A stretch of DNA of 63,907 nucleotides, counting the filler, from Dirinaria sp. TL-2023a (taxonomy: Eukaryota), in assembly GCA_051941275.1 (NCBI GenBank). It is 3 parts of 3 records of this genome, joined end to end, with 100 filler letters (N's around TTAATTAATTAA, not from the genome) between each part and the next. Parts side by side here need not be neighbours in the genome. Positions count along the whole stretch, not along the records: positions 21,908 to 43,686 come from JAVEBF010000246.1; 2 more parts are not named here. One strand, 5' to 3'. The notes below the pieces were generated by a model. It did no database searches. It was not told the DNA's origin and was given only the letters and a program-made list of their open reading frames with translations. The position numbers and the translations under genes are program-made. Shown here one piece after another: positions 24,411-36,580 of the stretch; position 1 is the stretch's first letter, and each line of letters starts with the position of its first letter.

Positions 24411-26342
24411 TTATATTTTTAGCACTTCTTTGAACACCTTCACTAGATCTTCCAACTTGCGATCTCGAGCCTTTTCAAACGGTGTCTCTTCGTCTTCATC
24501 AGCAATCTCTGTGTCGGCGCTGTTGTCCAGTAAGAACCGCACCACCACATCGTGGTTATTCTCGGCAGCAAGTGCTAACGGCGTGTTACCTTTGCAGTCT
24601 TGCGTATTGATGTCGCTGCCAGCTTTGAGGAGGAGCTTAGCTGGTACTTTGTTTCCACTAATCGCAGCCCAGCAAAGCGCTGTACGACCTTCCTTATCCT
24701 GGGCCGCTAGTGCTGGGCTGCATGCCAGAAGCAATTTCAAGCACTGAACTTGATTTGCCTCCGCTGCATACATCGTGGGTGTCTTCAAATTCTCGTCGCT
24801 TTGATTGATGTCGATGTTGGGTTGCTTGAGCAGGATTTCGAGACTGGTTTTGTTTCCTTCAGAGGCTGCGATCGATAGCGGAGTTCTGCCTGTTTCATTC
24901 GCGAGGTTCACATCCGCCCCTTTCTCGAGAACTAATTCAAGCGCGGTGTTCATGGACCACCGGGCAGCTCTGTAAGCGCTTGCCTCACCAAACGTAGATT
25001 TTTGGTCTATTTTGAGATCAGGCCGCTCCAGCAAAGACCTGAGGATCTCGCAGCCATCTTTAATCGTAATGGCCATCCAGAGTGGTGTTTGGCCATGGCC
25101 TCTCAACGAGACGTTGGGATCAACGCCGGGCTCGGCCAACAGCATTCGCACGATATCCTTATTTTCTTGGGCAAGAGCTTGCATAAGCGGTCTCCAGCCA
25201 TCTTGGTCCTCTGCATCCACTTTTGTGCCATCTATAGACAGTAGAAACTCAACCACCTCCTTGTGGCCTTCGCGCGCTGCCTTATGTAGCGGAGTTTGCT
25301 TAACATAATCTTCGGGATTGAGTTGCCTTGGGTCATGAGGCAGAAGCACCTTTACTATTTCGACATGGCCATACTCCGCAGCAAAATGTATTGGTAATCG
25401 ATTTCCAACGGTGCCATGTAGAGGATCCGCATGACGTCGGAGAAGCAATTCTACTATAGACAGGTGGCCACCCTCAGAAGCGCGGATCAGGGCTGACCAA
25501 CCAACATGATCTTCCGACTCGATATCGACTCCTTCGTCGAGTAAAGCCTCGACTTCCTTCGAAGATCCCCTTTTTACAGCGTAGAAGAACAAATTAATGG
25601 AATGCTGCTTAATATCTTCGTCAATGTCTTCAACTTTTCTGGAACTACTTTGGATAATGTCTGGCAGACGGGCAAGTTGCCGCATGATAGCCAGCTCAAG
25701 AACATTCTCGCTTCGGGCAGTAGCATTCTGTATAATTGCGTCAATGGATGCTTTCATCTGGTCCTGAACCGAAGCATTCAGGGCGTCGTAGAGACATTGA
25801 GTGAAATGAGAGACGTCCTCCATTAGGCGTCTCAATCCATTCTTGTCAACCGCGGCCCACCATAACTTTCTTAAGGCATTGTTCTTAGATTGGATCACTT
25901 TTGAAGCGGCAGTCGAGCTACCGTCTTGTGTAAATAGCTTCTTGAATGGGCTGAAAGGGCCATTTTTTGGTTTCGCAGCGCTGTCCTCGTACGAGATTTG
26001 CGTCGCATATTGTGGGGGTTCCTCCACCAGATTGAGGTTGTACTTCTTCTTGAGCGTAGAGGAGTCATTAAGAAGATTGTTAATGTGTTCGAGGGTCGTT
26101 TCGATCAGCCTCCAGTCCAGGCTCAAATCTGCCCTGTCAGGATCGAAGTGGTGTACCCTTTCGGCCCATTGCTCTAAACGAAACTGCTCCCAGTCCAGCA
26201 TGCATCGGAATATGTCTGCATCGCGGCCAAGATTGCGCGCAGATGAGAGGAGTACGAAGCCTTTGACGCAGCCATCGAAAATCTGAGCAGAGAAGCCTAC
26301 AATGCTTACCACGGTTGCTGCAGCTTCGACGCCAGTTGCCAT
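24411..26342 (-). CDS. HeLo (prion-inhibition/propagation)-like domain fused to ankyrin repeats
   Basis: Intronless 643 aa; N-terminus FSAQIFDGCVKGF..LDWEQFRLEQW and KLWWAAVDKNGLRRLMEDV are HeLo-like; about 10-11 TPL/TAL ankyrin repeats follow; no P-loop. Confidence 0.85.
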   Translation of the reverse strand: MATGVEAAATVVSIVGFSAQIFDGCVKGFVLLSSARNLGRDADIFRCMLDWEQFRLEQWAERVHHFDPDRADLSLDWRLIETTLEHINNLLNDSSTLKKKYNLNLVEEPPQYATQISYEDSAAKPKNGPFSPFKKLFTQDGSSTAASKVIQSKNNALRKLWWAAVDKNGLRRLMEDVSHFTQCLYDALNASVQDQMKASIDAIIQNATARSENVLELAIMRQLARLPDIIQSSSRKVEDIDEDIKQHSINLFFYAVKRGSSKEVEALLDEGVDIESEDHVGWSALIRASEGGHLSIVELLLRRHADPLHGTVGNRLPIHFAAEYGHVEIVKVLLPHDPRQLNPEDYVKQTPLHKAAREGHKEVVEFLLSIDGTKVDAEDQDGWRPLMQALAQENKDIVRMLLAEPGVDPNVSLRGHGQTPLWMAITIKDGCEILRSLLERPDLKIDQKSTFGEASAYRAARWSMNTALELVLEKGADVNLANETGRTPLSIAASEGNKTSLEILLKQPNIDINQSDENLKTPTMYAAEANQVQCLKLLLACSPALAAQDKEGRTALCWAAISGNKVPAKLLLKAGSDINTQDCKGNTPLALAAENNHDVVVRFLLDNSADTEIADEDEETPFEKARDRKLEDLVKVFKEVLKI

Positions 26343-27300
26343 GTTTCAGAAAAGACGCGCAGGAGGTGATGGAACGATAGATGAACGAGAAATATGCAAG
26401 ATCTGATGGAGAAAAATGTATGATCACTGAAAATATGTACACGCTTGAAAATCAGATATTCAGACTGGTTAGTGGTAGGTCAAGGTTGCAGAGCCCTAAC
26501 TGTGCATTATTGTTGTGTCTTGGCAAAGGCCGGCATTTCTCCGAGGATTATCCGAGTCAGTACGTTTGAGGCTGAAAGATCAACAGATCAACAGAAAGTG
26601 CAATTATTACCGATGACGTGACTCCACTTATATTATTAATATGCTCAGTAGTAGCGTCCCTGATGGGTCGATGCAAGATGCGCTCTTTGGTCCATAATCA
26701 TAAGCTAATACGTGTATAGGAATTTCACATTATCATCATGCCTGCGCACTACATTCATTGTTAAAGAGCTTTCGCATACCTTACTGAGATGCTTTTTGAG
26801 AAAGAACAGCAGAGAGCGCGTGCGAGCGGGGGTTGAGTTTGAGGCTCTGGAGGCTATCGCGGCAGCTTTGGATTCTTCGGTAACGATGACTCGAATTCGC
26901 CATACCGTTTGATAATTTGCTTCAAGTAACCGGTTATCCCGTATTCAGAGTGAACGTCATTTGGCTTGCGAGCCTTCAATTGGCCAATTCGAACAAGGGT
27001 CGTCCTCAGCGTGACAGCGTCGCAGCTTTTAGGTAATTAGTCGACCACGTGGAAGTTAGGCGCACGATTCGAAAGCTTCAAGCACTTACTGGCGTTGCGC
27101 TAGAAGCCAAGCGAATCTGAAGTTATTGGCGACCCGCTCAACGCGTCCCGAATAGGGAATCTTTATGTCTGTCATTCCAGCCCTACAGAGGCTAAAGCAG
27201 AGCGCCTCCTTTCTGCAAGCCCACATCTTATTTATGCCTTGCTAACCCACCGCCATGGACCTGGTTATGCGCGTCTCCGTACCCCAATCTGTCGACCGCC

Positions 27301-28607
27301 ATGACAGACTCGACACAAGCGAGTGCCGGAGAGGCTGGAAATCCTCGGGGGCATGTCATTTTGAGTGTTTGCATTGCTTGTGGTGTGCTCGAGACGATTG
27401 CTGTCGCTCTGCGGTTTCTTGCGCGCAAGCGACTCGGTGCAAGATGGAGGAGTGATGACTGGCTCATCCTGGCAGCCCTGATCCCTAATTATGTTATGAT
27501 AGTACTTGGAGGATTCTGTAAGTCTCATCCCGGGTTCTTAGTGAAATCTCTAATTTTGCTGTGATCAGTGGTCGCAGAAGGCAAAGCTGGTATGCACAAG
27601 TCGGCGGTATCCGAAGCTGGAGTGGTGATGTTCCTCAAGGTAAGCGAGTCTCTCGATACCCTTCTTCCTCTCGCTGCGCTAAAACAGTCAGATGCTTTTC
27701 GCATCCATGGTTACCTACGTATTCACCGTAACCTTGGTTCGACTATCTATTCTTATGCTGCTGCGGCGTATATTCGAAATCAGCTCATTCCGGGTTGTCA
27801 TTGCGGTGCTGAGCGTGATATGCGTTGCATGGGGAATATCGATTTGCTGCGCCAATATCTTCCAGTGCACTCCGGTACCCGACGCCTTTGTCCCCGCAGT
27901 GGTCATGAGTGGTAGCAGTCACTGCATTAATCTGCAGGCTATGTTTTACGGCACCCTCGGGACTGGCGTTACTATCGACCTTTTCATCCTATTACTGCCG
28001 TTGTACGAGATCTGGAAATTGCACCTGCCAAGTAGGCAGAAATACGAACTGACGGCTATTCTTAGCCTAGGCGGCCTGTAAGTGTCCACAATATAATGAT
28101 ACAGCTTCCACTGGACATTTATGAGACCTGCTGTTCTATAAAAGAATAATGCTGCGTGCTCTTGCCGACAGTTTTGAAGCATGCTGACCTTACGTTGACA
28201 GGGCTTGTCTTGCCAGCGTAATGCGGATTGTAGCCCTTGGGGACTTGAAGCGCTCTGATATGATCTGTAAGTCGATCCAAAGATGAACCATTTCGAATGT
28301 TAGTGTAGCTAACTCAGAAACTTTGCAAGACTCGGGCGTTGAAACGTACATGTGGTCACAAATCGAACCTTCCGCGGCCATTTTTTGTGCGTGCTTGGTC
28401 ACATATCGGCCACTGTTCCGCAAACTGCGTCTTCCAGGCTTCATCACAGGAGGAAGCAAGAGTACAGATCCTAGCGATGTGAGCAGACGGATACCTACCA
28501 TACACTGGAGTGAGAAGGGCTCCGAAGCAGGGCTCGTCAGACAAGAAGAAGCCATGGGCTACTGCAAAGCGTTCGCGGAGCAAGAATCGCTCCAAAGCCT
28601 CCATTGA
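27301..28607 (+). CDS. PTH11-like (rhodopsin-domain) integral membrane protein, no CFEM domain
   Basis: IAVALRFLAR, DDWLI, RLSILMLLRRIF, IFQCTP, DLFILLLPL..IWKLHLP..QK, WSQIEPSAAIFCACLVTYRPLF. Confidence 0.88.
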
Positions 28608-29635
28608 TGCCTCTGGAGCGTTGCTGGCGACTGTGAGAATAACCAAGGTCTAAGGACTGTACCTTAATCAATAGTAATGTATCAGCTTGTATGCGTTTTG
28701 GTTGGGTCACGTGATTAATTCGATCATGACTTTCTTAACTGTACCATGCTTCCCTGTGACGGACGAGCGCCTCATATCATCAACAGCACACATAGTCTGG
28801 TCCATCATCTGTTCAAACGTTCCGAGATCTCAAAGCATACCATCAGTATGAGTCTAGCGTTCTCTTTCAAGCACAGCCATTCGATTGAGCCAAATAGGGC
28901 AACCGAAAGCTCTAGATAACGAGCACACTAATAGCTATTTTATCTGGTACACCCTTGGAGATATGCTGACGTACTTTAAGACATGAGGGTTGGGCGAGGT
29001 GCGAACTAGGATGTGGCAATACCTTCAGTACGCCCCCGGACCGACGGAGAAGCTCGGGCTGGCTTCGGAGCTTCCATACATCCAGAGCAATGCCTTTATG
29101 CATCAACAATTGATGTCGCACAAGACTAATAGGCTTCGAAACGCTAAAGCAGCTGAGTATCATGAGGGTTTTGTGCCATCCAATGATACCTGCCGGTTCA
29201 ACTCCACATGCTGCAGTTGTGAAGATTCCACCTCAGCCACGAACGTTGAAAACCAACCCTCTTCAAGAGGCGCGCTTCTCCGTAAAAACTGTATGGATAT
29301 TAAAGAAGGAGCTCAACGCTTCGTGGGCGCGGTCATACCTCCGTAGGTTAAATAGACTAGTGTGCATACGAGAGCGGGTGATAGTTCTCGAAGACTCATT
29401 CCCCACTTAACTGATGACGCTATCCAACGCCCATGGCTGAGCGTCAAAGCTTTCCTCTTCACCGAACTTTTAAGCTCAGGCTGGCCTTCACGTTATACTT
29501 GGCGCTTGCATGATGGAGCTATCTATCTGAGATAACAATTTCACTCTGTCTCTTCCTCGTTCGCTTATTTTCATCTTTTCCTCTTGGCAGGTTCCCAAAG
29601 ATTAACGCTATAGTCGAGGAAAGCATATCAACACC

Positions 29636-31160
29636 ATGTCTTTCTTGAAACTGATGAACGTTTCCGAAGGAAAGAATTTCGACAACTTAGACATGTCAGC
29701 TCTGATCTCAGATATAGAAGCGGCTGCAGTGATCTTTGGCGAAATAGCCTCTGACTCAGCACTTAAGATCGATGAGAGAAATCAAGATCGCTCACGATTA
29801 CTGGGAGCGGCGAAAAACTTGGTCGAAGCGCTGGAAGATCCAAGAAAGACTGCATTAAAAATCGCAAAAGGGGTGGGGTCCGCTGGGAATTTAGTAGGCA
29901 AGACATGGCTTACTGTGGGCAGCCAACTGCACATGCGATTTTTAGGACTGCGTTTCGTTTGCAGCTTTTCGATCGAATCGGTGTAACCGACGCTGTATCT
30001 GCTGGGACGCTTGCTGAAGCGACAGATAGCGAGAAAGTTCTGATCGGTGAGTGTTTCAAAAAAGTAGCCAATCGGATCATCGCGATGCTCTAAAGAAAGG
30101 CCATATAATCCTAGCGCTAGAACTGATTCAAACACAGTTCGCATGATGAGAAATCTAGTCGGTATTGGTATCTTCCGCGAAGTTCAAGAGGAGTTGTATT
30201 GCCATAATAGATTGTCTCTGACACTAAGGCATGCTGATTTCCAGACTTTTGTGAGCGGCTTGTATGCTCTCTCCAATGCGCACGTCTTGTTACTCGAACT
30301 GTTGACACCTCTCCAGAAGCGATACCACTGTTCACATGGCGAAGCTCCCCGACTACCTCTCATCAATAGGTTATGAGAATCCGGACAAGCGCCATAGCAC
30401 ATTGTTCCAATATGCTAACGGTACAGATCAGAGTTATTTCGAATGGATGGAAGAGCATCCAGTGCAACATAATAAATTCAGCGCTGGAATGTCGGCTGCT
30501 ACAGAATTGCAGAAGCCGACTCTTGAACCTGCCATATTCTCACTACTCAAGACATTTGACAGGCACGGGGAGTCAGATGCTGAAAAGGACAAAGATGTTC
30601 TGGTAGTGGACGTCGGCGGTGGTCGAGGGGAGGTTCTTTCTGCGATCCGCGATGCATGGCCTAAACTCAGGGGACGTATCGTGGTTCAAGACTTACCAAA
30701 GGAGATCGAGGGGCGAAAGCCCGCAAACGGTATTGAGGCTAGGGCTTATGACTTCTTCACCCCACAGCCTATCAGAGGTAATGTTGTCACCAGCATCCTA
30801 CCAGACTAGACGGGAGCCCGCACTAATTTTGAGGAAACAGGAGCAGAACTTTACCTCTTTATCCACATCTTTCACGATTGGTCAGACAATTGCTGCCGGC
30901 AGATATTAGCTAATACCACCCCAGCTATGACGCCCCACGTCTCTAAGCTGGTGATCGTCGATGTCGTGGTTCCTGGAGTCGGCGCGCCACCTTTTGCAGC
31001 AATGATGGACATTAGCATGATCGTTCATGGAGGGATGGAGCGTACAGAGAAGCAATGGAGAGCGCTTCTAGACGGAGCAGGACTTGAAGTGGAGAGTATC
31101 GAGGGTCCTAAACCCTGGAGCGTAACAGGTGATAGTGTCATTGTGGCTGTGAAGCGATGA
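29636..31160 (+). CDS. SAM-dependent O-methyltransferase (Methyltransf_2, secondary-metabolite type)
   Basis: VVDVGGGRG, VVQDLP, YDFFTPQPIRG, HIFHDWSD, GMERTEKQW; several introns. Confidence 0.9.
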
Positions 31161-32131
31161 ACGAAAATGATCGCGTGATCTCAGTTGATCGAGGGTTGGA
31201 TGAGAAGCACAGACGGTGCGGACTGAGGGCATGGCTTGGATTTCCTTGCCTCTTCTTTTCTTTTCATTTCTTTTTTTTTTGTTTTTTGTCTTTTCCCTTT
31301 TCTTTTTCTTTTTCTGTTCAGCATTTTGCTTTTTCCAGCCCCCAGACCCGTATGCTTCCCCGAGGCGGTAAAACATAAAGGCTGGTTCACGAGCTCAATG
31401 TCTGCTTGGAGCCGAACAGTGTAAGCGCACTTTGATCCATATTTAGCGTCTTGATCACTGCTATATCTTCCTGGGTACGGTCTCAAGGGGACGCTATATT
31501 TTTCTTCAAGTACAATTCATCAACGCTGCGCATGCTGCATCGCCGACATTGCCTTCGGCTAGGAAACGCTTGGACTTGGGATGTGCATCTCTCGCTACCG
31601 AGGTGGCCTTTATTCGATGATCTTGACAGGCTGAGGTAGCGAAACCAGGTTACAATACTGCAACCTGGCGATCCACCCCCTACCTATAGTGATTCATTTT
31701 AGGCAGGTGTCAGGCCTTCCAATGTGCGCACGACTTGATGTTAATCACGATTGAGGCACATGTCCAGCTTTAATGGCTGCCACAAGTTGGCCAAGCTTTG
31801 CAGATCGCCGCTAGTGTTCCACTGTTCCTGGCGGGTCTCGCCTGCAGGCGGCGTAGCAGGTCCTTAGTAATGCTACATAGGGGCGGATTGTTTCAACCAG
31901 CCCTGCGCTGTGACGTTGGATTGAAGATCTTCATATCCCAAGAACTATCATGACAGCCAATGTTGGCCATGGGCGGATAGAACCGCAGAATACAAATATG
32001 TACTCCTCTGCTACCCCAAGAGAGGGGTTTACTTCTTGCGCGCGACGACTTGTGCTCAAGAGATCAACAGCGAATTTCTTTTCTTTCCACACAACTCCGT
32101 TCTACGATCTTGACTTGCTTAGACGGATACC

Positions 32132-32907
32132 ATGAAGCTCTCGCTTGCTCCTCTTCTGAGCACGCTGGCCTTTGCCATTGCAGCTCCTGCCTCTCTTGAA
32201 GAACGTGCAAGCTCAGTACAAGGCTTCGACATCTCTCACTACCAAGGAACTGTAGATTTTAAAGCTGCGTATAGTAGCGGAGCGCGCTTCGTCATCATCA
32301 AGGTTCGCCAACCATCCTCTCCCTCCGCCTCTTCGATAATCGAACTTAGCTAACCAAAAAATTGTTCAAACAGGCTACCGAAGGCACGACCTACAAAGAT
32401 CCGGGCTTTTCAGACCACTACGACGGCGCCACAGCGGCGAAGCTCATCAGGGGCGGCTACCACTTCGCCCACCCAGACAGTGGCTCCGGCACCACACAAG
32501 CCAACTTCTTCCTCGCAAACGGGGGCGGCTGGACCAGCGACGGCATCACCTTGCCCGGCATGCTGGACATTGAATACAATCCCTCGGGCGCGACCTGCTA
32601 CGGCCTTTCGGCTTCTTCAATGGTCTCCTGGATCTCGGACTTCGTCTCCACGTACCATTCCAAAACCGGCCGGTATCCGCTGATCTATAGCACCAACGAC
32701 TGGTGGACGACTTGCACCGGCAATACGAGCAAGTTCAGCAGCACCTGTCCCTTGGTACTGGCCCGGTATGGCAGTTCACCAGGCACCATCCCGGGCGGCT
32801 GGCCGTATCAGACCATTTGGCAGAATGCGGATAGTTATACCTACGGTGGCGATTCGGATAAGTTCAACGGTGACCTGGCTGGGTTGCAGAAACTCGCAAA
32901 GGGCTAA
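32132..32907 (+). CDS. Secreted GH25 muramidase (Chalaropsis-type lysozyme)
   Basis: Signal peptide MKLSLAPLL..; VQGFDISHYQ, IIK|ATEGT, IRGGYHFA, LPGMLDIEYNP (DxE). Confidence 0.95.
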
Positions 32908-34825
32908 GCTTTCAGAGGTGGCCTGGGTGCGAGGCAAGATACTCTTGGTATCAGGAGAGTTGAGACCCTAGTTGTCAGTGTCAATAAGATCTGCGCACTC
33001 AACGTGCTTTGGGTGGGAGGTGTTTAGTGATATCCCCTGTCTTGCACCTTTTCATATCTTTTCAAGATGGTTGAGGGAGCACTTTGGGAGTGACGAATAT
33101 ATTACGATCAGACTGTGAGGCGTCGCTCATCATTATGCACCTCGTGCTTACAGTACTGTACGTAGATGATGTTGCTGGTTAAGTGAATTGGATTATGCTT
33201 TCGCGCCTGTTTAGACGCCAAGAACTGTGACAGGAGCGGCTATGACGTCAGTGCCTGGCATGAGCCTCAAACGCGAACCCTGAACCAAGTTGGTTCCCTT
33301 CAGGCAAAATGGCACCTTCTGTACCTTAAGCATCAAGCACTAGATTATCAGATAAGCACTCCCAGCACAGTGCACACCTGTCATGGCGCAGCCTTGTTCC
33401 CAACCTAAGATACTGGAGGAAGAATCGAGATGAGGGTTAGGGTTGGGTGACATTTTTCTAGATTCGTAGAGTGAGAATCTACCGTATCTTAAGCATTTTT
33501 GTTCGTCATACTTGATCTTCTGATTTACAGTCTAAGAGTCTGAGTCCTTGTCAGTAGGATGTGATTTATTTGAAGATTCTTGCAAGTTGCTGAGTAATTT
33601 TTCAACACGGTTCTTTTCAGGCGATGAATTCTTGCATCGTCGTCCTCGAAGGCTTTTCTTTACAGCAATTTTGTCTCCTTTTCGAGGAAGTATGGGAGCC
33701 AGATGAACCATTAAAGAGTCCGTTAACAAGGTAACAGGAGGCTACTGAGTACTCATCCAGTGCCTTACTCTATCGTCTCTCGAGTTAAATGAGTCAATGC
33801 TCCTTCATGCTACAGCACGCTTGGCTCCTCAAATGATAAACCCCCAAGCCGTGCTGCCTGTTCCAATTCAGACTTGTGGTTTCTTGTGCGAATCTGAAAA
33901 ATGTAGGTGTGTACCCTTACACGTTAGCCCTTAGCCAAGTAACCGAAAAATATGAGGGTCTTGATACTTTGTGAGGGATGAATATCCAATCTACAGAGTG
34001 ATCGGTGCCATCTTCGTTTACGCAGCTGACGTAAGTCCAAAGCATTGTCTTTGACGGCCTCTTCAATGAATGAGCCAGAAGACAAAGCGACGGGATGCGA
34101 TCTAAACGCAGAGTATTGGTTTCTTTGTTCCTAAAACACCCATTTCAATCTGTCTCATGTTAGAACCTCGACATCTGCAAAGTCAGAAGTGACTCTCATG
34201 CTTCTAATCTAGCTGATGCGGCCATTTCCAAGCAGTAAAGCAGCAAACTGCAGAGTACGAGGACTAGTGTGACAGTCGCGAAGAGCTCACAAACCACATC
34301 ACAGCTTGAATGACAGAACTGCGCGAGGCTTTCTTCTGACTCTCATTGATTCTCCTTGGTATGCGTCGCAGTGTTTACGTTGGTGTCTCATTGAAGAATG
34401 ATACGCATTGTGTTGTAGAAGCATATCATTATCAAGGTGTACTTCGACTAGTAGCTTTGATTGGTTAAGTGATGCGACATTCTGAGCAAGAGCCTCAGTT
34501 TGCAATAGTTGACAACACTTTTCGAACCAATCAAGAGGAAAAGAATCGAAAACATAATTCTTTTATTGGTCATGAGAAAAGCCACTTTGTTACACTTTCG
34601 AAAGAAGCACAAGAGATAAAGGACAATTTCTTTTAGAAAATTCATTGTCTCAACAATGGCTCTGTTCATGATTCGTGAAGAAAGCGATCAAGGATATAAT
34701 AAATTTGTCCGCCTCCCAAATTTCCAAGACATACAATTTTTCAAAAATTACACAAACTCATCGCATTATCATTATCTGTACTCCACCAATTCCCTCAGTC
34801 AATCTAACAATTATCGATTCCAATC

Positions 34826-35374
34826 ATGTTACTCAGCAAATACTCGCTTGTAGCGGCTTTGTGCACCCTGTCTGCTTTCAGAGGAGCGGCTGCAGCGCCC
34901 AAAACCGTCGTCGAAGTGGCAAGTATCCCATATCCCTGAGATTGAACGTCTCACGAAGAATAGAAGCTAATGATGTTTCCAGGCCTCTTTAGACTTCTTC
35001 GACGACGAGAATAATGAAGTGTGCGCTGGTAACCAGCAGGGAAGGACCATCTACATCAAGGGCAAGGACTGCATCCCGTTGACCCCGCCGAGCGCAAACA
35101 TGGCTATTACCTGTGAGTCTCCTTTTCCATTTCCGCTTTTCCTCTACCCCTGTTTCTCTCCTTCAACGAACAACTCGAGAATCCATCGCTAACGCACTGC
35201 TCAGGGACTGACAAAAGTTTCAACCAACTCACGTACTACGACGACGCAAGTTGTGGCCATGAGATCGGGCAAAGCGTTCAGGGAACCGATCCTAACCCTC
35301 TCAAGAATCGTGAGAGCTGCGCTAGTCTTTCGAAGATGGGGAAGGTTGCCAGCGTGAAGAACACCAGCTCGTAG
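34826..35374 (+). CDS. Small secreted cysteine-containing protein (effector-like, 3 exons, absent from ORF track)
   Basis: MLLSKYSLVAALCTLSAFRGAAAAPKTVVEVA|NFFDDENNEVCAG..KDCIPL..AIT|WTDKSF..YYDDASCG..RESCASLSKMGKVASVKNTSS*; introns with CTAAY branch sites; TATA-like element at ~34694. Confidence 0.75.
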
Positions 35375-35699
35375 AGGTCAGTAGATTTCACGGTTCACTT
35401 ATGGGGTGTGGAGCGGGTCATTCCTCCAGAGCGTAAGTTATTGTTCCTATTTAAATGATCTCCTTATACTAGTAATTGAACGATACGAAGAAGAGAGCCA
35501 TTTGAATGTCGCGCTCACTTCTCCGACTCGATGCGATTGTGACCAAAGAATCTTTTTCACAACACGAAGAGAGTTATTGCTCTATCATCCAGTCCCTGTT
35601 CTTAGTCTATTCTGCGCTTTTTACCATCAAAGGTGGCACATATTTTCGTCCTTGGACATCGGATGATCCAATAAAAAGGCAGCATGAAATCTGAGCAAG

Positions 35700-36580
35700 A
35701 TTTTAGCTTTGTCACATATTTTCCCATGAAAGTGATGTAGCAGAACCCTCTGTACCTAGTTCAAACCAATGAATCACAACTTTGACGATCTTAAATTGCG
35801 ACTTGCACTGTCTCTGATAATCGAGTTCTCTCTGATGCATAATATTTCGAAAAGTTCAATCGCAGACCGCATCGCGTATTACCTTTTTGGAGATTGATTG
35901 ATTACTTCATTAGGCACTCGGAGCCCGTCCTCAATCAGGACTAGCTATGCGGCCATCATAGATAATCTATCTATCTTTGATTTCTCTGTAATAATAATAA
36001 TGTTTTTAATGAGTGATTTTTTTCGACACAATCGTCTCGATTCTTTAATCGACGTCTTTTTTGTGATTTCAAAGAAACGTTTCGATACTCGTGGCTCATT
36101 CTGTGATAACAATTTAAAAAAAAAACAATCTTTAGAACTGAAGCTCTTTCTCAGTCTATTAACATCTTTGTATTCGTAATATCGAGGTCTTCATCTCTTA
36201 TCGTACTCGTGATGTGTTGAATATCGAGAAGAACTTGCTGACAGTTTACAAAACGTAATACTGTAGCTGATGAAGAATGACGAATCGAAGGGGATGTTCT
36301 CGGCAGTAACAGTATCGATGTCGCTGAAGGCGAAGTCGCGTGAAATAAGTCGAGTTTTTTATTTCTACCTTCTCTCTTGATTTAGAACAATCGACGTTGA
36401 CGACGAGAATTTCGAGTTCAGACGCGCGTAGCAGATCAGATCACAGTTGTCATCACGAGAACACACTGCTCCCACTATGTCCTCATCGTCAACAAAAGGA
36501 GGGTACTTGGCTCTATTGACATTGCAATAGGTTCGTAGCCGGCACCACGTACAGGTGACCCTCATCGCCGACCGCATTAT
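35700..36580. repeat. Degenerate AT-rich repeat / transposon relic
   Basis: CC/GG-depleted, TCGA-rich, no ORF; shares a 20-mer with 578-597. Confidence 0.5.

Noticed and set aside
28912..29410. Short ORFs between the PTH11-like and OMT genes
   Set aside because: No motif, splice pattern or family similarity recognised.
31068..31486. Lys/Phe-rich ORFs
   Set aside because: Translations of poly(T)/poly(A) low-complexity 3'-flank sequence.
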